64,000 nucleotides of DNA, taken from the NCBI GenBank assembly GCA_947252645.1, contig CAMXWF010000002.1:72632-136631 (forward strand). Reading direction: 5' to 3'. A program made the translations under genes and the position numbers. Origin of the DNA: an uncultured Bacteroidia bacterium. Its GTDB lineage: Bacteria > Bacteroidota > Bacteroidia > Bacteroidales > CAJPTX01. Positions within the stretch are counted from its first letter, which is position 1, and every line of letters starts with the position of its first letter. This document shows positions 62,922-64,000 of the stretch, piece by piece. Below the pieces are notes generated by a model. The model saw only the letters and a program-made list of their open reading frames with translations. It did no database searches and was not told the DNA's origin.

Positions 62922-64000
62922 TTAGATCATCTCGTTGACTTGCCCGATGATGGTCTGGGCTAGTTCCTCGGCGCGGGCTTGGTTAGCGGCCTCAGCGTAT
63001 ACCCGGATGATGGGCTCGGTGTTGGATTTCCGCATGTGGACCCACCCGCCCGCCATTTCGATTTTGATGCCGTCCTCGGTGTTGAGCCGTTCGTTGATGT
63101 AGAGGTTCTTGATGTTGTCGAGGAGGACATCGGGGTTGGCGGAGCTTGGCAGCTCGATGCGTTGCTTGGCGATGTAGTATGACGGGTAGAGCCTTCGGAG
63201 CTGCGAAGCGCTCTTCTGGCAATGGGCCAAATGGGAGAGGAAGAGGGCGATGCCCACGAGGGCGTCGCGGCCGTAGTGGAGCTCGGGATAGATGACCCCG
63301 CCGTTGCCCTCCCCGCCAATGACAGCATTCACCTCCTTCATTTTGGCCACTACGTTCACTTCGCCCACGGGGCTAGCGTAGTAGCGCCCCCCGCGGATGG
63401 TGGTGACATCGCGCAGCGCGCTGGTGCTGGAGAGGTTCGACACCGTGTTGCCAGGGGTGTGGCTCAGCACGTAGTCGGCCACGGCCACCAAGGTGTATTC
63501 CTCGCCAAACATCTGTCCGTTCTCGCACACGATGGCGAGCCGATCGACATCGGGGTCGACGGCGAAGCCCACGTCGAGTTGCTGCGTAGCCATGACCTCG
63601 CTGAGTTCGGTGAGGTGCGCCGGGAGGGGTTCGGGATTGTGAGCAAAATGGCCCGAGATATCGCTATTGATGCCCACCACGTGCTTGATGCCGAGTTCCT
63701 GGAGTAGGAAGGGCAGCGCAATGCCCCCCACGGAGTTGATGGCATCGTAGGCGACTTTGAAATTGGCGTTTTGGATTGCGGTTTTGTCTACCAGGGGTAG
63801 GGCGAGAATGGCATCGATGTGGTGATTGAGGGCATCGAGCTGCGCCACGTACTGGCCGATGCGGTCTATAGGGGGGTAGAAGAAGTCGGGCGAGTCGAGC
63901 GAGTCGAGGATGGATTGGCCGTCGTTGGCCGAGACGAACTCCCCGGCCTCATTGAGGAGCTTGAGGGCGTTCCACTCCATGCCGTTGTGGCTGGCGGTGA
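62922..64000 (-). CDS. glmM: Phosphoglucosamine mutase-like alpha-D-phosphohexomutase (partial; N-terminus beyond the window edge)
   Basis: The reading frame stays open to nt 64000, where it encodes the phosphoserine motif TASHN. Other motifs: Mg site FAVDPDVDR, sugar loop GGEGNGG, phosphate loop RKSNTEPIIRVYAEA. Confidence 0.8.
   Translation of the reverse strand, partial: TASHNGMEWNALKLLNEAGEFVSANDGQSILDSLDSPDFFYPPIDRIGQYVAQLDALNHHIDAILALPLVDKTAIQNANFKVAYDAINSVGGIALPFLLQELGIKHVVGINSDISGHFAHNPEPLPAHLTELSEVMATQQLDVGFAVDPDVDRLAIVCENGQMFGEEYTLVAVADYVLSHTPGNTVSNLSSTSALRDVTTIRGGRYYASPVGEVNVVAKMKEVNAVIGGEGNGGVIYPELHYGRDALVGIALFLSHLAHCQKSASQLRRLYPSYYIAKQRIELPSSANPDVLLDNIKNLYINERLNTEDGIKIEMAGGWVHMRKSNTEPIIRVYAEAANQARAEELAQTIIGQVNEMI

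Noticed and set aside
1-64000. CRISPR arrays, rRNA genes, integrases or prophage genes, toxin-antitoxin pairs
   Set aside because: I saw no short regularly spaced direct repeats with unique spacers, no rRNA-like conserved blocks and no integrase, recombinase or phage structural motifs among the ORFs. The only mobile-element signal is the IS256 relic.

Overview
64 kb of a fairly GC-rich (by eye about 55-60 percent) Bacteroidota chromosome. Supporting markers are a fused lpxC-fabZ gene, TAnnTT(T/C)G -7 promoter boxes 20-50 nt upstream of many starts, a TonB-dependent receptor and a T9SS C-terminal sorting domain. A Tannerella/Porphyromonadaceae-like origin is only a guess. Most of the window is tightly packed housekeeping: tsaD, murF, an lpxC-fabZ/lpxA/hpt/adk/obg/PAP2/flippase/ispD string, sppA, an LptF/G-type permease, ribBA, fmt, dapB, prfB with its +1 frameshift, uvrB, prolyl oligopeptidase, recF, a DHH phosphoesterase, polA, kdsB, tsaC and a partial glmM-like mutase. 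There are also tRNA-Asn(GTT) and an initiator-type tRNA-Met(CAT). I saw no rRNA and no CRISPR array. Seven patches look unusual. (1) A 4.25-kb insertion after sppA is bracketed by a perfect 310-bp direct duplication of the sppA 3' end plus terminator; it carries a BspA-type LRR/T9SS surface protein with about 7.5 near-identical 225-bp tandem repeats and a truncated, twice frameshifted IS256-family transposase. (2) A kdsB-linked, translationally coupled trio (GT-C membrane transferase, GT2, CE4-type deacetylase) has the logic of Arn/Lgm/Flm lipid-linked aminosugar modification of LPS. (3) An intact HhaI-architecture m5C methyltransferase is followed by a restriction-enzyme-like ORF broken by an in-frame TAG. 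(4) A membrane class III adenylate cyclase is fused to an HD phosphohydrolase and followed by a tandem USP-like protein. (5) Downstream of tRNA-fMet lies a hypothetical OM-barrel/lipoprotein operon with a diverged 375-bp tandem duplication that leaves a promoter-bearing 5' gene fragment. (6) A conserved ~66-nt imperfect-palindromic intergenic element occurs three times. (7) A 956-aa HExxH protein has no recognisable family. All functional calls come from motif recognition by eye; no database search was run.
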